Positions 39,143-52,872 are shown, counted from the first letter of the stretch. The stretch: DNA of 64,000 nt from Cyanophora paradoxa CCMP329 (GCA_004431415.1 QPMI01000100.1:248001-312000), one strand, 5' to 3'. Made by a program: numbers and translations. Notes: a model not told the origin generated them from the sequence alone.

Positions 39143-40580
39143 CCCGCCTCCCTTCCGTCGAGGACGCGGCGCATGGCGGCGTCGGCCTCAGCGGTGAGCG
39201 TCGCGACGAGCTGGCAGGCCGCCAGCTGCGCCCGCCGGTCGCGCCCTCGAGCGCCGCGCAGGCCCGCGGAGCAGCGCGGGGCCGCCGACGGGCCGGCCTC
39301 GCCGAGGGCGGCGCGGGCCTCCGGGCAGCGGTGGAGCAGGTTCCCGACGGGCCGGTCAGCGGCTGAGGGGCGGGGCGCATGGCAGAACAGGCGCACCGGC
39401 GGAATGCGTCGGGCCACGTCGCGGCGGCGAAGGCGCGGGCGGCGGCGGGTCGGCCTCGCAGAGGGCCGCGAGGCGCCCCAGCGCCGCCGCGCAGTCGGCG
39501 TGCGCCGCGGCGCCGGCGGCCGCGCCAAGCGCCGCGCGGACGGCCGAGGACGGGTGCAGGCGCGCCATGGCCAGGGTCCCGTCCCGCTCCTCGGGCGTCA
39601 GGGCTCCCACGACGGCCTCGCCGGCCGCCGCCGCCGCCGATCTGAGGGCGCCGGAAAGGCCCCCGACCCGCTCCAGATGCCATGCCGCCGCGAGGGCGCG
39701 CGCGAGGCGCGGGCTCGCGGGGGGTACAGCGCCCTCCGCGGGGCCCTGCAGCCCGCAGGGCCGCACGGCGAACGCGAATCGGAAGGCCGCCGCGAGGGGC
39801 GCCGGGAGCGGCAGGCCGGCCCAGGGCCCCGGGGCGTCGGACCCCTCCAGGACCTCCCGGGCGAAGAGGGCGGGCGTACGGCATCCGCGGGCCTGCGCCT
39901 CCTCGTTGTCCGAGAAGAGGGCCCAGGCCAGGGCGGCCGAGGCCTCGCGCCGTACCCCCGTGTGCGGGTGGAACGCGTCTGCGGAACAAAGCCGGTCAAA
40001 CAAGGCGGGAAGGGTGGGGGTACGGGGGTGGAACGCACAGGGTACGAGGGCGCGGAGCGACTCGGGCTCGTCTCTGAGGGTTCGGCGTACCCCCGGAAGG
40101 AGCCGGCACAGCGAGGAAAGGACGGAGGCTGCGGGGCCCTCGGCGCCGGCTCGATCGCCGCCCCGAGCGGCCGCGACCGCCTCGCGCTGCAGCCAGAGTA
40201 TAAGCAGGGGTAGGGGGAAACAGGGAGGGGGCACGGGCGTACGAGGTCAGCGAGGGCCGAGCGGAAGAGAACTAGTCCGCAAACGCGGCGCTAAAGCGCG
40301 GGTCTGCGGGCGGAGGGCGTGAGCGAGCGAGGGGGGTACATAGACGCCGGCGGGGCGCAAGCGGAGGGCGAGGGCGAGCTGCTCGGCGGCCGCGCGGCGC
40401 AGCTCGGGATCGAGGGCCGCCCCCTGGTAGATCCGCTGGAGCTTGGCCAACTCGGAAGCCTGGAACGAGCCCGCCGGCCCGCGCGCCGCCGGTCCCTCGT
40501 CGAAATCATCGCCAGGGGCGTCCGCGTCGAGAAGAGAGCCGAAGGGGTCCCTCAGGCGCCGCCCCAGCCGCACGCGGTCC
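39143..40580 (-). pseudogene. Duplicated rotatin-like gene segment interrupted by the viral insertion
   Basis: Near-identical to 48071-49500; starts in the middle of the duplicated gene segment at cccgcctcccttccg. Confidence 0.7.
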
Positions 40581-41790
40581 GCAGAGGAACCGGCGGGCGA
40601 CGGGCGATGGCAGTGGGCGGATGATGCGATATCGATCGTAGGAGGGTTCGGATCCCCGCCCGCGCTCGACGGGGCGACAACGATCAACGCCGAAGCGCTG
40701 TCGGCCGGGGCCGCCGGGCGGCCTGCAACCGCTCAGACGCCATTGCCGGCGCCGCCGCAGACCTGCAGAAGCGCCGGCGTAGGCACGCGGGCGTGGGCTC
40801 GACAAGCCACATTAAAGGAGCCGCTTCGTTTGCAGCTTCAGTTGCGGTATACCCCTCGTGCAGAGGCTCTCAGGCTCACGCTCCGGTCACGGCGATTCGA
40901 ATCCGCCGGCATCAGCGCGGCGATTCGATTTCGCGGCGCGGCGAAGCTTGAGCTGGGGCGCGGCTAGATGATGCGAGCCGTTTAGCGACCGCAACGTGCA
41001 TCTAGATCTTCAAGGTGGGCATGTCCGAACAGGTGCGATGGGGCGCCCCTGCAGTGTGCTGCCCCCACGTTAATTTAACACGGATCATGGATCGTTGACT
41101 CCCCGAGGCATAGGCGCAGGCTGAGAATCCGGAGGTAATGGCGCAGTTGAAGGTGCGCGGCTGCACGATCGATCTTGGCTGCTCATCGATGAATGTAACC
41201 TAATGCCGGCAGAGCCTTCTCGCCGCGGCGGAGAAGCGGGCGGATGAGGCGGAGAAGCGGGCGCATGAGGCGGAGAACCGGGCGGATGAGGCGGAGAAGC
41301 GGGCGGATGAGGCGAAGAAGGGGGCGGATGAGGCGAAGCAGTTGTCACAACAAGCGTTGGACGAGAAAGAGCGAGCTCAGGTGCGCACCAGCGCTTGCGT
41401 GCATATGCTGACCGGAACCGCTCACTAAAACTCCGCAGGCGAGTGTTTTGTACAAGATTGCATTGTGGTTTGCTCGCTCTAAGTTCCCGTTTTGAATGTA
41501 GGAATGGAAAGGGTCCCTATTGGCTGGTGCAGCGGGCTGCAGTGTCGCTTTGGTCAGCTGTGTTGCACTGGGTTTCCGCTCCGCTGTAGAGGTGACCTCG
41601 TTTGGGCTGGTGTCGAGCGCTCTGCAGTGCTTTGGGTACTTCTTGCAGGCGATCTTCGCTCTTTTGACGACGAAGGTAGTCATGCGGCATCTAGATCTGA
41701 AGCGCGGGACCCTTATGCAGCTGCAGCCGGCTATAGCTGGCGCTGCTATCGGGCAGCCGGCGTCGACTATCATTGTTTAGCTAGCTATTA
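40580..41790. repeat. Segmental duplicate of parts of about 50070-51523, including a 21-bp tandem repeat (AEKRADE on +)
   Basis: Near-identical ORFs 41345-41773 and 51080-51508; the repeat copy number differs by one unit. Confidence 0.85.
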
Positions 41791-42982
41791 TAGCTATAGT
41801 CTACCGTAGTACACTATATATACGCTATGAAGTAAAAGCCCGCCGCTCCTGCTCATGCCATGCACCTGCATTCCGAGGTGACCCACTAGCGAAATATCCG
41901 GGGCCGGAGCCCGGCCCAGGCCCCTGTGGCCGCGGGGGCTCAGTGGCTATATACAGCTAGGGGTTTGTGGGGCCCGGCGGCCCGGGGGCTAGGCTGGCCC
42001 TGGCAGAACCAGCTTCAAAGGCTCCGGCCCGGCGGCAAGAGAAGAGGCTTCAGAATCTGAAGGGCAAGGCCTAGGGGCAGGAGGCTCGGGAGGCCCAGGG
42101 CGCTAGAGAGGGCCGAGAAAGCATTGGGAAGGCTCGCGATCGGGGAAGGGGCGGGGCAGCCGCTGGCCCTCCCGGGGCGCCTGCCGCAGTGCGGGCCCTC
42201 TCCCCGGGGCGCTGGGGCCGGAGCCGCGGCCCGGTAGGCCTGGAGGAGGGGAGGAGATGAGGAAGAGACGAGGGAGGAGGGCTCAGGCTGCGGCGGCCGA
42301 GCGGGCGTCGATCGCGAGCAGGTCGATGAGCACTGAGACGCTCTCCAGCGCCGCCGCCGCCGCTAGCGCTGCCTCCTCCTCCGCCCCCTCGCCGCCCCCG
42401 CGCCGCCGCTGCCGGGCCGCCCGCAGGCCCTGCCAGAGGAGCACGGAACCGTCGGGCGTGTCACTCATGATCATGATCATATGCATCATGGCATGGGCCC
42501 CGCAAGGACATGCAAGAAGTGGACACTGTGACAAGAAGGACAAATTAAAAAGTGGCCGAGTACGGAAGTTGACAAGCCTTTAATTTCTAGCCGGCGCGCG
42601 TTGAAGCATGATCTTAAAATTAGTTTCAGGCCTCAGGGCCCGCGGCCTAGAGCCTCCGAGGCTCGGAGCTCAGCGGCTGCAGATATTGATCAGCGGTTCG
42701 AATTCATGATCAACGGTTGCCGCACCGCGGCAGTCCGGTCTTGAGTCATGATCGGTTTCAAAAGTTTCAAGTTTTGCTTTTTGCGAACACTCAGTGACTA
42801 TGATAACCTCCTTATCATTAATTTCTTCAGCTGATCATGATCATGAGTCAGGGCCCCGGGGGCCAGCACAGCGCGCAGGTCCCCCTCTAGCTATTCAATC
42901 ATAGTATTAGTAGCTATAGCTATGGGGCTTCCGCGGATAGTGATGGAAGGTACTCGCCATGCATATGGGAGGACTCGGCGGA

Positions 42983-43919
42983 GGCGGAGGAGGACGAGGG
43001 GGCAGGAGCGGGGCCGGCGGGCCCGGGTACGGGAGCGGAGGCGGGCCCGGGTACGGGAGCCGGGGCGGGGAAGAAGGCGCCTATCTCGCGCTGCCTCACG
43101 TCCACCTCCTCGAAGCCCACGCACTGCCGCCCGTACCCTCAGAGAGGGAAGGGAAGGAGCTGGGGAGGGGTACGGGATCGGACCTGGATGGAGAGGAGCG
43201 TGACGGGGTACCGGGCGGTGCGGCGCCAGAGGATCAGAGCCGCCTTCACAATCGCGTCGCAGTCGTGCTGCACGTCCGCCTTGTGCTGCAGAAGGGCTGT
43301 ACCCCCCGCCTCCTCGCCCCCCGGGGCCTCCACCTCGCCGTCCGCCTCGGCGTCGTGCTCTGGGGCGGGCCGGGCGGGCGCGGGGCCTCCTAGGAGCTCG
43401 CGGGCGTGACAGCTGAGGCCCGATGGTACGAGGCCGGCGAGGGACTCGGTACGCAGGCCCCTCATACCCCGCCAGATCAAATTCAGCGTCCGGGGCCGCC
43501 GCCGCCACGTCACGAAGTCTGCCGCCCATCGTGAGGCGCGCCACGCATCTTATAGCTGCGCGCACCGCACCGTGCCGCATCCGCTGTACGAGCTCTCGCG
43601 CTGTGGAGCGTCAGCGAGATGGGCGGGGCGTGCGGATTCGCGGGGCGGCGGGGCGGACCGAGGATGTGGAGCCACTTGGTCACTCCCGCGAGGGAGTACT
43701 CCTGCGGGGAATGTTGTCAGGCCTCAGGTCCCGCCAGCCCGGTCTCGCGGGCGGGCCACGGGGTACTACCTCGTTGAAGCTCTTCGCGGCCAGCATCGAC
43801 TGCGGCGAGCGGAGCTCTCAGCGGAAGAACGAAAGGGCCAGGGGGGCGCAGGCGCGCCTTGGGGCGGGTACGGGGGATGACGTCGGAATCCTCTACCCCC
43901 CGGACGATGCGGTAGAGCC
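42983..43919 (-). pseudogene. Duplicated internal/3' fragment of DNA polymerase eta
   Basis: Diverged copy of about 53547-54483. Confidence 0.75.
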
Positions 43920-44280
43920 CGCACAGCGGCGCACTCGCGCGCGTCCCCGGCGCGGGCCGCGGCGGCGCGGAGCCAGCCCGGGGCGGGCCCCTCTTCCCCG
44001 TCGGGCCGGTGCGCGACGGCGAGCACCGACCAGGCGTCGGGCCAGCGGGCGAGCTGGGCGGCGACGCCCCAGCCAGGGCCCGCACGCGGGCCTCGCGGTC
44101 CGAAAGGAACGCCAGCGCGGCGCCCAGGGCCGCCCCGCCGCACTCCGCGACGAGCGCGCCGGGGCTCCGGGAGGCCGCGTCCCCGTGGGCCGGCGCGTCC
44201 CGCGCCAGCAGCGTCAGCGCCCCGCGTAGCACCGCCGGCGCCGCCGTCCACCACCGGTCGGCGCGCCAGGTCCCCCGCCG

Positions 44281-44565
44281 ACAGAGCCGCCAGCAGCTCG
44301 GCCGCGCGCACGCGCGCCGCGGCGGCGGTCAGGGAGGCGGCGGCAGGGGAGGACGGCGGCGGCGGCGGGGCCGCAGACAGAGCCGCCAGCAGCTCGGCCG
44401 CGCGCACGCGCGCCGCGGCGGCGGTCAGGGAGGCGGCGGCAGGGGAGGACGGCGGCGGCGGCGGGGCCGCCGACAGAGCCGCCAGCAGCTCGGCCGCGCG
44501 CACGCGCGCCGCGGCGGCGGTCAGGGAGGCGGCGGCAGGGGAGGACGGCGGCGGCGGCGGGGCCA
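44281..44565. repeat. 3 x 96-bp tandem repeat
   Basis: Units at 44281, 44377 and 44473; in frame on - (PPPPPSSPAAASLTAAAARVRAAELLAALS). Confidence 0.9.
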
Positions 44566-44574
44566 GGAAGCCGT

Positions 44575-45360
44575 CCGCGGGCGCGGCGGCGGCGAGGGGC
44601 GAGCCGGCTCCGCGAGCCGCAGCGCTTCCTCCCGCCGGGGCCTGCCACAAGGAATGGGTACGCAAGGAAAGGAAAGAAGACAGGGGCGGGCGGGGCGCGC
44701 GCACCACTCGGCGCCGGAGAAGAGCGCGCGGGTGAGATGGCGAAGCCGATCCGGGGCGGAGAGGCGCTGCTCCAGGGCGCGCCCGAGGCGCCCGAACGGT
44801 CCCGGTCCCGGCAGCGCTGCGCGGTTCTCGAAACCGTCGTCCTCCGCGACCTCGCCCGCGGCACGGGCCAGCATCCAGGCGTCCAGCGGGCCCAGCGCCG
44901 CGGCCAGGCGGCCCGCCCCGTCCAGCCGCTCGGCGGCCGCGAGGACGAGTGCGGAGGCTGCGGAGGCGGCGGCCGGCTCCAGATCGTCAAAGGCCGCGGG
45001 AGAGGAGGTGGAAGAGCAGATCGCCCCCCTGGGCCACCCCCAAGGAACCGGCCGTCGTAGCGCAATAGGAACCGGCGTAGCGCAATAGGAACCGGCGGGC
45101 GACGGGCGATGGCAGTGGGCGGATGATGCGATATCGATCGTAGGAGGGTTCGGATCCCCGCCCGCGCTCGACGGGGCGACAACGATCAAAGCTGAAGCGC
45201 CGTCGGCCGGGGCGGCCTGCAGCTGCTCAGACGCCATCGCCGGCGCCGCCGCAGACCTGCAGAAGCGCCGGCGTAGGTACGCGGGCGTGGGCTCGACAAG
45301 CCACATTAAAGGAGCCGTTTCGTTTGCAGCTTCAGTTGCGGTATACCCCTCGTGCAGAGG
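44575..45360. repeat. Further diverged copy of the rotatin-like 5' segment (about 49590-50280)
   Basis: Shared DDLEPAAASAASAL...RLRHLTRALFS and GGDPNPPTIDIASS segments. Confidence 0.8.
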
Positions 45361-46323
45361 CGTTTAAGGTGCACTTTCGGGTGTTTAAGCTAAGCTTGTC
45401 AAGGTGGCAAGGTGCTCAAGGCAAGGCGCAAGCTGCTGCCACACAAAATTTGTATGGAGCGGCATGGCCATGGTAGCCCCCCCAACAAGCAAGACGGGTA
45501 CAGTACACAGTTGCTTTTGCCGGGTAGGCAGTTACACCGGCCAAAGACTGTCCGGTCCGTGCGACCAGCTTAAAAGCACAGTATGCAGGCACCTGTCCTG
45601 CACCGAAGCGGAACCAGCACAACCAGCATCGAAGCAAGCGTGCACAAGCTGCCGTCGAAGCATAGCCTCTCCCAGGTCAACCAAAACGCGAAATCCCGTC
45701 CCTTCTGCGGTCTTACGACACAGAGTTGCAGATAAGAAACCGTTCGCAGCGGAGCAGCCGCTCGTTCACTTCCCGCAACCCAGCCGCGAGCAACCCGCGC
45801 GCTTCCACCTCTTACAGTCCCCTCGTGCACGTGGTCACTCCCGCGGTGCGTGGCCATAGCTCCCGCGGATTCCGCGGCCGTCGAGTCGGCGCGGATCGAT
45901 TTCTGCAGCTGGGCTGACATCGAATTCGCATGGAAGAGCAACGGCGACAGCGCAGAGCCTTGGGCTGCTGATCCTCGAGGCGTCGGCCACCGCGGCATGT
46001 CGAAGTTGGCGAAATCAGGCAAAGAACTTGCCGGGGCTGTGCGTCACGCGGGCAACCGTATCGGCGACGGGCTCAACCGTATCGGCGACGGAGTCGGCGG
46101 TGGACTCGTGGCCATTGCTCTGGCCATCTTTTACCGGCCCCCCTAGTAAGCGCCCCGATCCGCGCCTTCTCTGGCCTGGCCGTCGCCGAATACTGTTTAG
46201 ATAGCTTCCTTGCTTGTCTGCCTTCTTTGAACCGCACCGAATTCACGAGACTTTGTGTTAAGGCGGTGCTTTCAAGCTACCGCAGGGCGGACCGAGCACG
46301 AGCACTTTAATTTGAGGAGGGAA

Positions 46324-49300
46324 TTAAAGGGGTGTGGATCGGACAGACGGGCAGGGGTTGTGCCCGACCGTGGAGGGGATCGAGGGGCCCAGACGGGCGA
46401 GGAGGGGAGGGGAGAAGCATCCTGCATGGTGCCCCGCCGCGATATCCCCGCCTCCTCCTCCTCCGCCCCCGCACCGCCCCCGCGCCGCCGCCTGCGGGCC
46501 TCCCGCAGCAGCGCCCGGCCCGCCCCGCCCGCCCCCTCCGCGCCCTCCTCCTCCTCGCGCAGGGCGGCGGAGGCCGGCCGCTGCGACAGCTCCGCCTTGC
46601 GGGCGAGCAGGGCCCCCCCCCCCCGCGCCGGCCCCCTTCAGCGCCACCTTCACCTGGGCGGACGAGACGGGTAAGGCGCCGCTCGGGGACTCAGATCTGA
46701 GGCGGGGCGGGGGCGTGGGGCCGGGGAGGGCCTTCTGGTTGTTGTAGACGAGGGCCCAGAGGGCGCCCGCCGCGAGGGGCGCAGAGGCGCGCGCTGCCGC
46801 CCCGCACCATCGCCAGCAGCTGCCGCAGCGCCATCTCTGAGGGGGGAACAAGAAGAAGTCAGAAGCGTTGGTGCGGGGGGAGAAAAGAGGGCGGGGTACT
46901 GGCCGGGGGCGAGGATGTGGGGCTTGGCCTCCTGCAGGAAGGCAAGGTTGCGCAGCAGCAGGGCGGCCCCGGCCCGCAGCGCGAGCCGCAGCGCCGCCGG
47001 CGCCCCGCGCCGCTCCTCCAGCAGCTCCACCGCGTGCGCCACCAGCCCTGGGGGGTACGCCTTCAGCGAGGCGCGCGGTGCGAACGAAGCGGGGCGGGGG
47101 CGGGGGCGGGGGCGGGGTACCCGGGGTGCGGACGATGGCAAGCTGGCCCTCATTTGTGAGAAGGCGAGGTTGCCGAGGAAGTGGAGGACGGCCGCCTGCC
47201 GCGCGGCGGCCGCCGGCACGCCCTCCCCGCCCCCCGCCGCCACCGACGAGGCCAGGAGCTCCTCCAAAGGGGCCCCGGGGCCGGCGGCGGCGGCGACGCG
47301 GGGGGCGCGCTCTCGGGCGACGCGGTCGAGGGCGGCGGCGCAGTCGGCGAGGAAGGCGGTGCGGGCGAGGGCGGCGCGGAACTCGGGGACGAGGGCCATC
47401 GAGGCCAGCGCGGCAAAGGCCGCCCCGTGCGCCGCCACGCCGAGCCGCGCCCGCCCCGCGAGCTGCAGCAGCAGCGCCGAGACCGAGGGCGCCCCCGAGG
47501 TTCGCCACCAGGCCCAGCAGCTCCACCTGAGGGGGCAGGAGTCAGATCAGATCGGATCAAATCAGATCAGATCTGAGCCGACGAGAGGGGCCGACCTGGA
47601 GGGCCTCGCCCTCGCGGGCGGCGAGGGGCCAGAGCCGCTCGAGCAGCGCCGCGACGCGGAGGGCGAGGAGGGCGGCCTTGGCCTCGCCCGAGCCGGCCGC
47701 GAGGTTCTTGAGCAGGGCGAGCGAGAGCACGAGCTCCGCGCGCCGCCCCCGCCGGGGCCCAGCGACGAGGCCACTACGTGCGCCTCCTCGGCCGCCGCGA
47801 TGAGCGCGGCCGGCAGGCCCGACTCGAGCGCCGCCCGCGTGCCCGTGCGCGAGGCCGCGAGCACGTTCACCAGCGCCCCGGCGATGGCGGCGCGGGAGCG
47901 GAGCTGCCGGCGATCCGGAGCCGCCCTCTCCAGCGCGCCCCGCGACGCCCCGTAGAGCCGCACGAGCCGCCCGAGAGCCGCGCGCCCAGCTCCCCGCCCC
48001 GCCGCCGCCGCCACCGCCGCCAGCCGCGTTCTCGGACGACGGCGGAGGCCGGGGCTGAGGCTCCGCCTCCCCCGCCTCCCTTCCGTCGAGGACGCGGCGC
48101 ATGGCGGCGTCGGCCTCAGCGGTGAGCGTCGCGACGAGCTGGCAGGCCGCCAGCTGCGCCCGCCGGTCGCGCCCCTCGAGCGCCGCGCAGGCCCCGCGGA
48201 GCAGCGCGGGGGCCGCCGCCGGGCCGGCCTCGCCGAGCGCGGCGCGGGCCTCCGGGCAGCTGTGGAGCAGGTTCCCGACGGGCCGGTCAGCGGCTGAGGG
48301 GCGGGGCGCATGGCAGAACAGGCGCACCGGCGGAATGCGTCGGGCCACGTCGCGGCGGCGAAGGCGCGGGCGGCGGCGGGGTCGGCCTCGCAGAGGGCCC
48401 CGAGGCGTCCCAGCGCCGCCGCGCAGTCGGCGTGCGCCGCGGCGCCGGCGACCGCGTCCAGCGCCGCGCAGACGGCCGAGGACGGGTGCAGGCGCGCCAT
48501 GGCCAGGGTCCCGTCCCGCTCCTCGGGCGTCAGGGCTCCCACGACGGCCTCGCCGGCCGCCGCCGCCGCCGATCTGAGGGCGCCGGAAAGGCCCCCGACC
48601 CGCTCCAGATGCCATGCCGCCGCGAGGGCGCGCGCGAGGCGCGGGCTCGCGGGGGGTACAGCGCCCTCCGCGGGGCCCTGCAGCGCGCAGGGCCGCACGG
48701 CGAACGCGAATCGGAAGGCCGCCGCGAGGGGCGCCGGGAGCGGCAGGCCGGCCCAGGGCCCCGGGGCGTCGGACCCCTCCAGGACCTCCCGGGCGAAGAG
48801 GGCGGGCGTACGGCATCCGCGGGCCTGCGCCTCCTCGTTGTCCGAGAAGAGGGCCCAGGCCAGGGCGGCCGAGGCCTCGCGAACGCGTCTGCGGAACAAA
48901 GCCGGTCACACAAGGCGGGGGGTCTGGGAAGGGTGGGGGTACGGGGGTGGAACGCACAGGGTACGAGGGCGCGGAGCGACTCGGGCTCGTCTCTGAGGGT
49001 TCGGCGTACCCCCGGAAGGAGCCGGCAAAGCGAGGAAAGGACGAAGGCTGCGGGGCCCTCGGCGCCGGCTCGATCGCCGCCCCGAGCGGCCGCGACCGCC
49101 TCGCGCTGCAGCCAGAGTATAAGCAGGGGTAGGGGGAAACAGGGAGGGGGCACGGGCGTACGAGGTTAGCGAGGGCCGAGCGGAAGAGAGACTAGCCCGC
49201 AAACGCGGCGCTGAAGCGCGGGTCTGCGGGCGGAGGGCGTGAGCGAGCGAGGGGGGTACATAGACGCCGGCGGGGCGCACCGCGGAGGGCGAGGGCGAGC

Positions 49301-50231
49301 TGCTCGGCGGCCGCGCGGCGCAGCTCGGGATCGAGGGCCGCCCCCTGGTAGATCCGCTGGAGCTTGGCCAACTCGGAAGCCTGGAATGAGCCCGCCGGCC
49401 CGCGCGCCGCCGGTCCCTCGTCGAAATCATCGCCAGGGGCGTCCGCGTCGAGAAGAGAGCCGAAGGGGTCCCTCAGGCGCCGCCCCAGCCGCACGCGGTC
49501 CTGCAGTGGGTATGGGGTCGGCACAGCGAGGCGGAAGGGGGGCACAGGAACACACGTGGCCGTCCAGAGCGTCGAGGAAGTCAGGGGCCGCCGGCTCGGC
49601 GAGCCGCAGCGCTTCGGCCGCCTCCCGCCGGGCCCTGCCCCAAGGAATGGGTACGCGGCACAGGAAAGGAAAGAAGACAGCGGCGGGCAAAGCGTGCGCA
49701 CCACTCGGCGCCGGAGAAGAGCGCGCGGGTGAGATGGCGAAGCCGATCCGGGGCGGAGAGGCGCTGCTCCAGGGCGCGCCCGAGGCGCCCGAACGGTCCC
49801 GGTCCCGGCAGCGCTGCGCGGTTCTCGGAACCGTCGTCCTCCGCGACCTCGCCCGCGGCACGGGCCAGGACCCAGGCGTCCAGCGGGCCCAGCGCCACGG
49901 CCAGGCGGCCCGCCCGGTCCAGCCGCTCGGCGGCCGCGAGGACGAGTGCGGAGGCGGCGGAGGCGGCGGCCGGCTCCAGATCGTCCAGGCCGCGGGAGAG
50001 GAGGTGGAAGAGCAGATCGCCCCCCTGGGCCACCTCCAAGAGGCGGCACCGCTGCGGCCGTCGTAGCGCAATAGGAACCGGCGGGCGACGGGCGATGGCA
50101 GTGGGCGGATGATGCGATATCGATCGTAGGAGGGTTCGGATCCCCGCCCGCGCTCGACGGGGCGACAACGATCAACGCCGAACTTCGGAAGCGCCGCCGG
50201 CCGGGGCGGCCTGCAGCTGCTCAGACGCCAT
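46324..50231 (-). CDS. Multi-exon rotatin-like ARM-repeat gene (short; possibly partial or rearranged)
   Basis: ELRRAAAEQLA, LLRNLAF and ALWALVYNNQK|VKVALK resemble rotatin motifs; GT-AG introns; exon boundaries not fully resolved. Confidence 0.55.
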
Positions 50232-52872
50232 CGCCGGCGCCGCCGCAGACCTGCAGAGGCGCCGGCGTAGGTACGCGGGGGCCCGGGGCTGTACGCTTGG
50301 GGGCGTTGAACTCTACGGCTACAGGAAGTAGCGCACTCACCGTGCTAGCGTCCTCGAGTCGTGTCGCCGCGCGCGTGCTCGCTGACCTGCAATCAACGGA
50401 CGCTTAGCGGCTGTCTCCGATTAGGCGGGCTTGTGGCTAGATGCCTCCGCAATAGCGATGCAATTTCATGCAAACACATCGGCGGGAACCATACTCCGTC
50501 GCCTTGTTCGCCTTGTTCGCAGCTCAGTTCGTGCCTCTGATGGCTCAGCAAGCCAAAGGACTCTTGAAAGGAGCCGCTTCGTTCGCAGCTTCAGTTGCGG
50601 TATTATACCCCTCGTTCAGAGGCTCTGAGGCTCACGCTCCGGTCACGGCGATTCGAATCCGCCGGCATCAGCGCGGCGATTCGATTTCGCGGCGCGGCGA
50701 AGCTTGAGCTGGGGCGCGGCTAGACGATGCGAGCCCTTTAGCGACCGCAACGTGCATCTAGATCTTCAAGGTGGGCATGTCCGAACAGGTGCGATGGGGC
50801 GCCCCTGCAGTGTGCTGTCCCCACGTTAATTTAACACGGATCATGGATCGTTGACTCCCCGAGGCATAGGCGCAGGCTGAGAATCCGGAGGTAATGGCGC
50901 AGTTGAAGGTGCGCGGCTGCACGATCGATCTTGGCTACTCATCGATGAATGTAACCTAATGCCGGCAGAGCCTTCTCGCCGCGGCGGAGAAGCGGGCGGA
51001 TGAGGCGGAGAAGCGGGCGCATGAGGCGGAGAAGCGGGCGGATGAGGCGAAGAAGGGGGCGGATGAGGCGAAGCAGTTGTCACAACAAGCGTTGGACGAG
51101 AAAGAGCGGGCTCAGGTGCGCACCAGCGCTTGCGTGCATATGCTGACCGGAACCGCTCACTAAAACTCCGCAGGCGAGTGTTTTGTACAAGATTGCATTG
51201 TGGTTTGCTCGCTCTAAGTTCCCGTTTTGAATGTAGGAATGGAAAGGGTCCCTATTGGCTGGTGCAGCGGGCTGCAGTGTCGCTTTAGTCAGCTGTGTTG
51301 CACTGGGTTTCCGCTCCGCTGTAGAGGTGACCTCGTTTGGGCTGGTGTCGAGCGCTCTGCAGTGCTTTGGGTACTTCTTGCAGGCGATCTTCGCTCTTTT
51401 GACGACGAAGGTAGTCATGCGGCATCTAGATCTGAAGCGCGGGACCCTTATGCAGCTGCAGCCGGCTATAGCTGGCGCTGCTATCGGGCAGCCGGAGTCG
51501 ACTATCATTGTTTAGCTAGCTATAAAGGGCCACTGACTTGCCGCGCGCGTCGACGTCAGTTGGGTCCGGGGAAGGGCATGTATACGTAACCGCGGCGTAT
51601 CCGAAGATCTAGATGCAGAGAGCAGGGACTTAAGCTTAAGCTTAAGAAGGCGCGCGGTGCACGTGGGCGGGCGAGCCGCCGTGCCGGCTCAGCGGCTCCG
51701 AGGCTGGCCATGCCAGGCGAGCTGTCCTCGCGATCGAGGCGAGCTGTCCTCTAGAGGTAGGTAGGCCTCGGGGCCTAGCTATATCGCGGGCCCCGGGGGC
51801 GGGGGATGGCTCGAAATTGAACCTTGTGTACATGTGGACGTGCTCGAGCTCCTGCGCATGCGCATTCCCCGCGCGCGTGAGGCGTGGCGGGTGCACGAGT
51901 GCGCATGTGCTGCGGGTGCGTCACAGCATGCGCATGGCGCGAAGGCGCGCGGCGCCTAGGCCTAGGCCTAGGGGCTAGCGCTGGCCTAGGCCTCCGCGCG
52001 CGCGATCTGGGCGCGGGCGCGGGGACGCTGCTCAAGCTCACGCTCCGCTCAGAAAGCGGCCGGAGGGTCCGTAAGGGCGCTTGCGCAGCGGGCCAGCTCA
52101 TGATCAGCGGCTGCAGCAAGCATGCGCATCGATATATATCGATATCGCGCGCGCGGGGGCTCTGCGTCGCGCGACGCGCGCGCCGCGCGGGCGTCGGCTT
52201 GTTGCAAGTGGCATAGCCGGCCAAGTGCGGCCGGCTTGCGGCCGGCTTGTGCAATTGCGCCGGGGCGTGCGCGGTTGGCGCGGGTGAAGCGTGCGCGGCT
52301 GGCGCGGCTAGCCGCTGAGCCACAGCAAGCTGCCGCGCGAGCGAGAGGCGTAACCATTGTTGAGCCGAGCCGAGCTGCGGCGCCGGCGCCGGGGGAGAAA
52401 GCGGCTGGGGGGGGGCCGTAAAAAGACTTTTGCAGGGTAACTTCGCACTCTCCAATGTGATTGGCTAGCGCGCGCGGCGTCCTCCCACGCGACCGCGCTC
52501 GTGCCCGGCCTCGTTTCTGCAGAACGGAATGTCAAGCATGATGCAAGCATTGACCTCGAACTGGTCGGGCCCGTATATCTGCTCCCTGTGCATCGCTAGA
52601 CCCATTTTTGTCCCGGGTGTTGGTGCCTGTTCCTGGATCACCCTTTGGTCGGACGGGACCGGAAGACACGGTTTCGGGGTCCCCTGGGGATGGGCTTTCA
52701 GGGTGTACCGCGCGGCCCGGGTTTTGAGGAGGTCGGGGAAACGCGATTTGGGGTAGGGTTGGACCCAAAGGAGAGGGACAGGGGAAGTGTTTAACCCTTC
52801 CCCAATTATAGCTATAGTCTTATTACAGCTATAGCTATTATAGAGAGAAAAGAAGGGTACAAGAATGGTATG

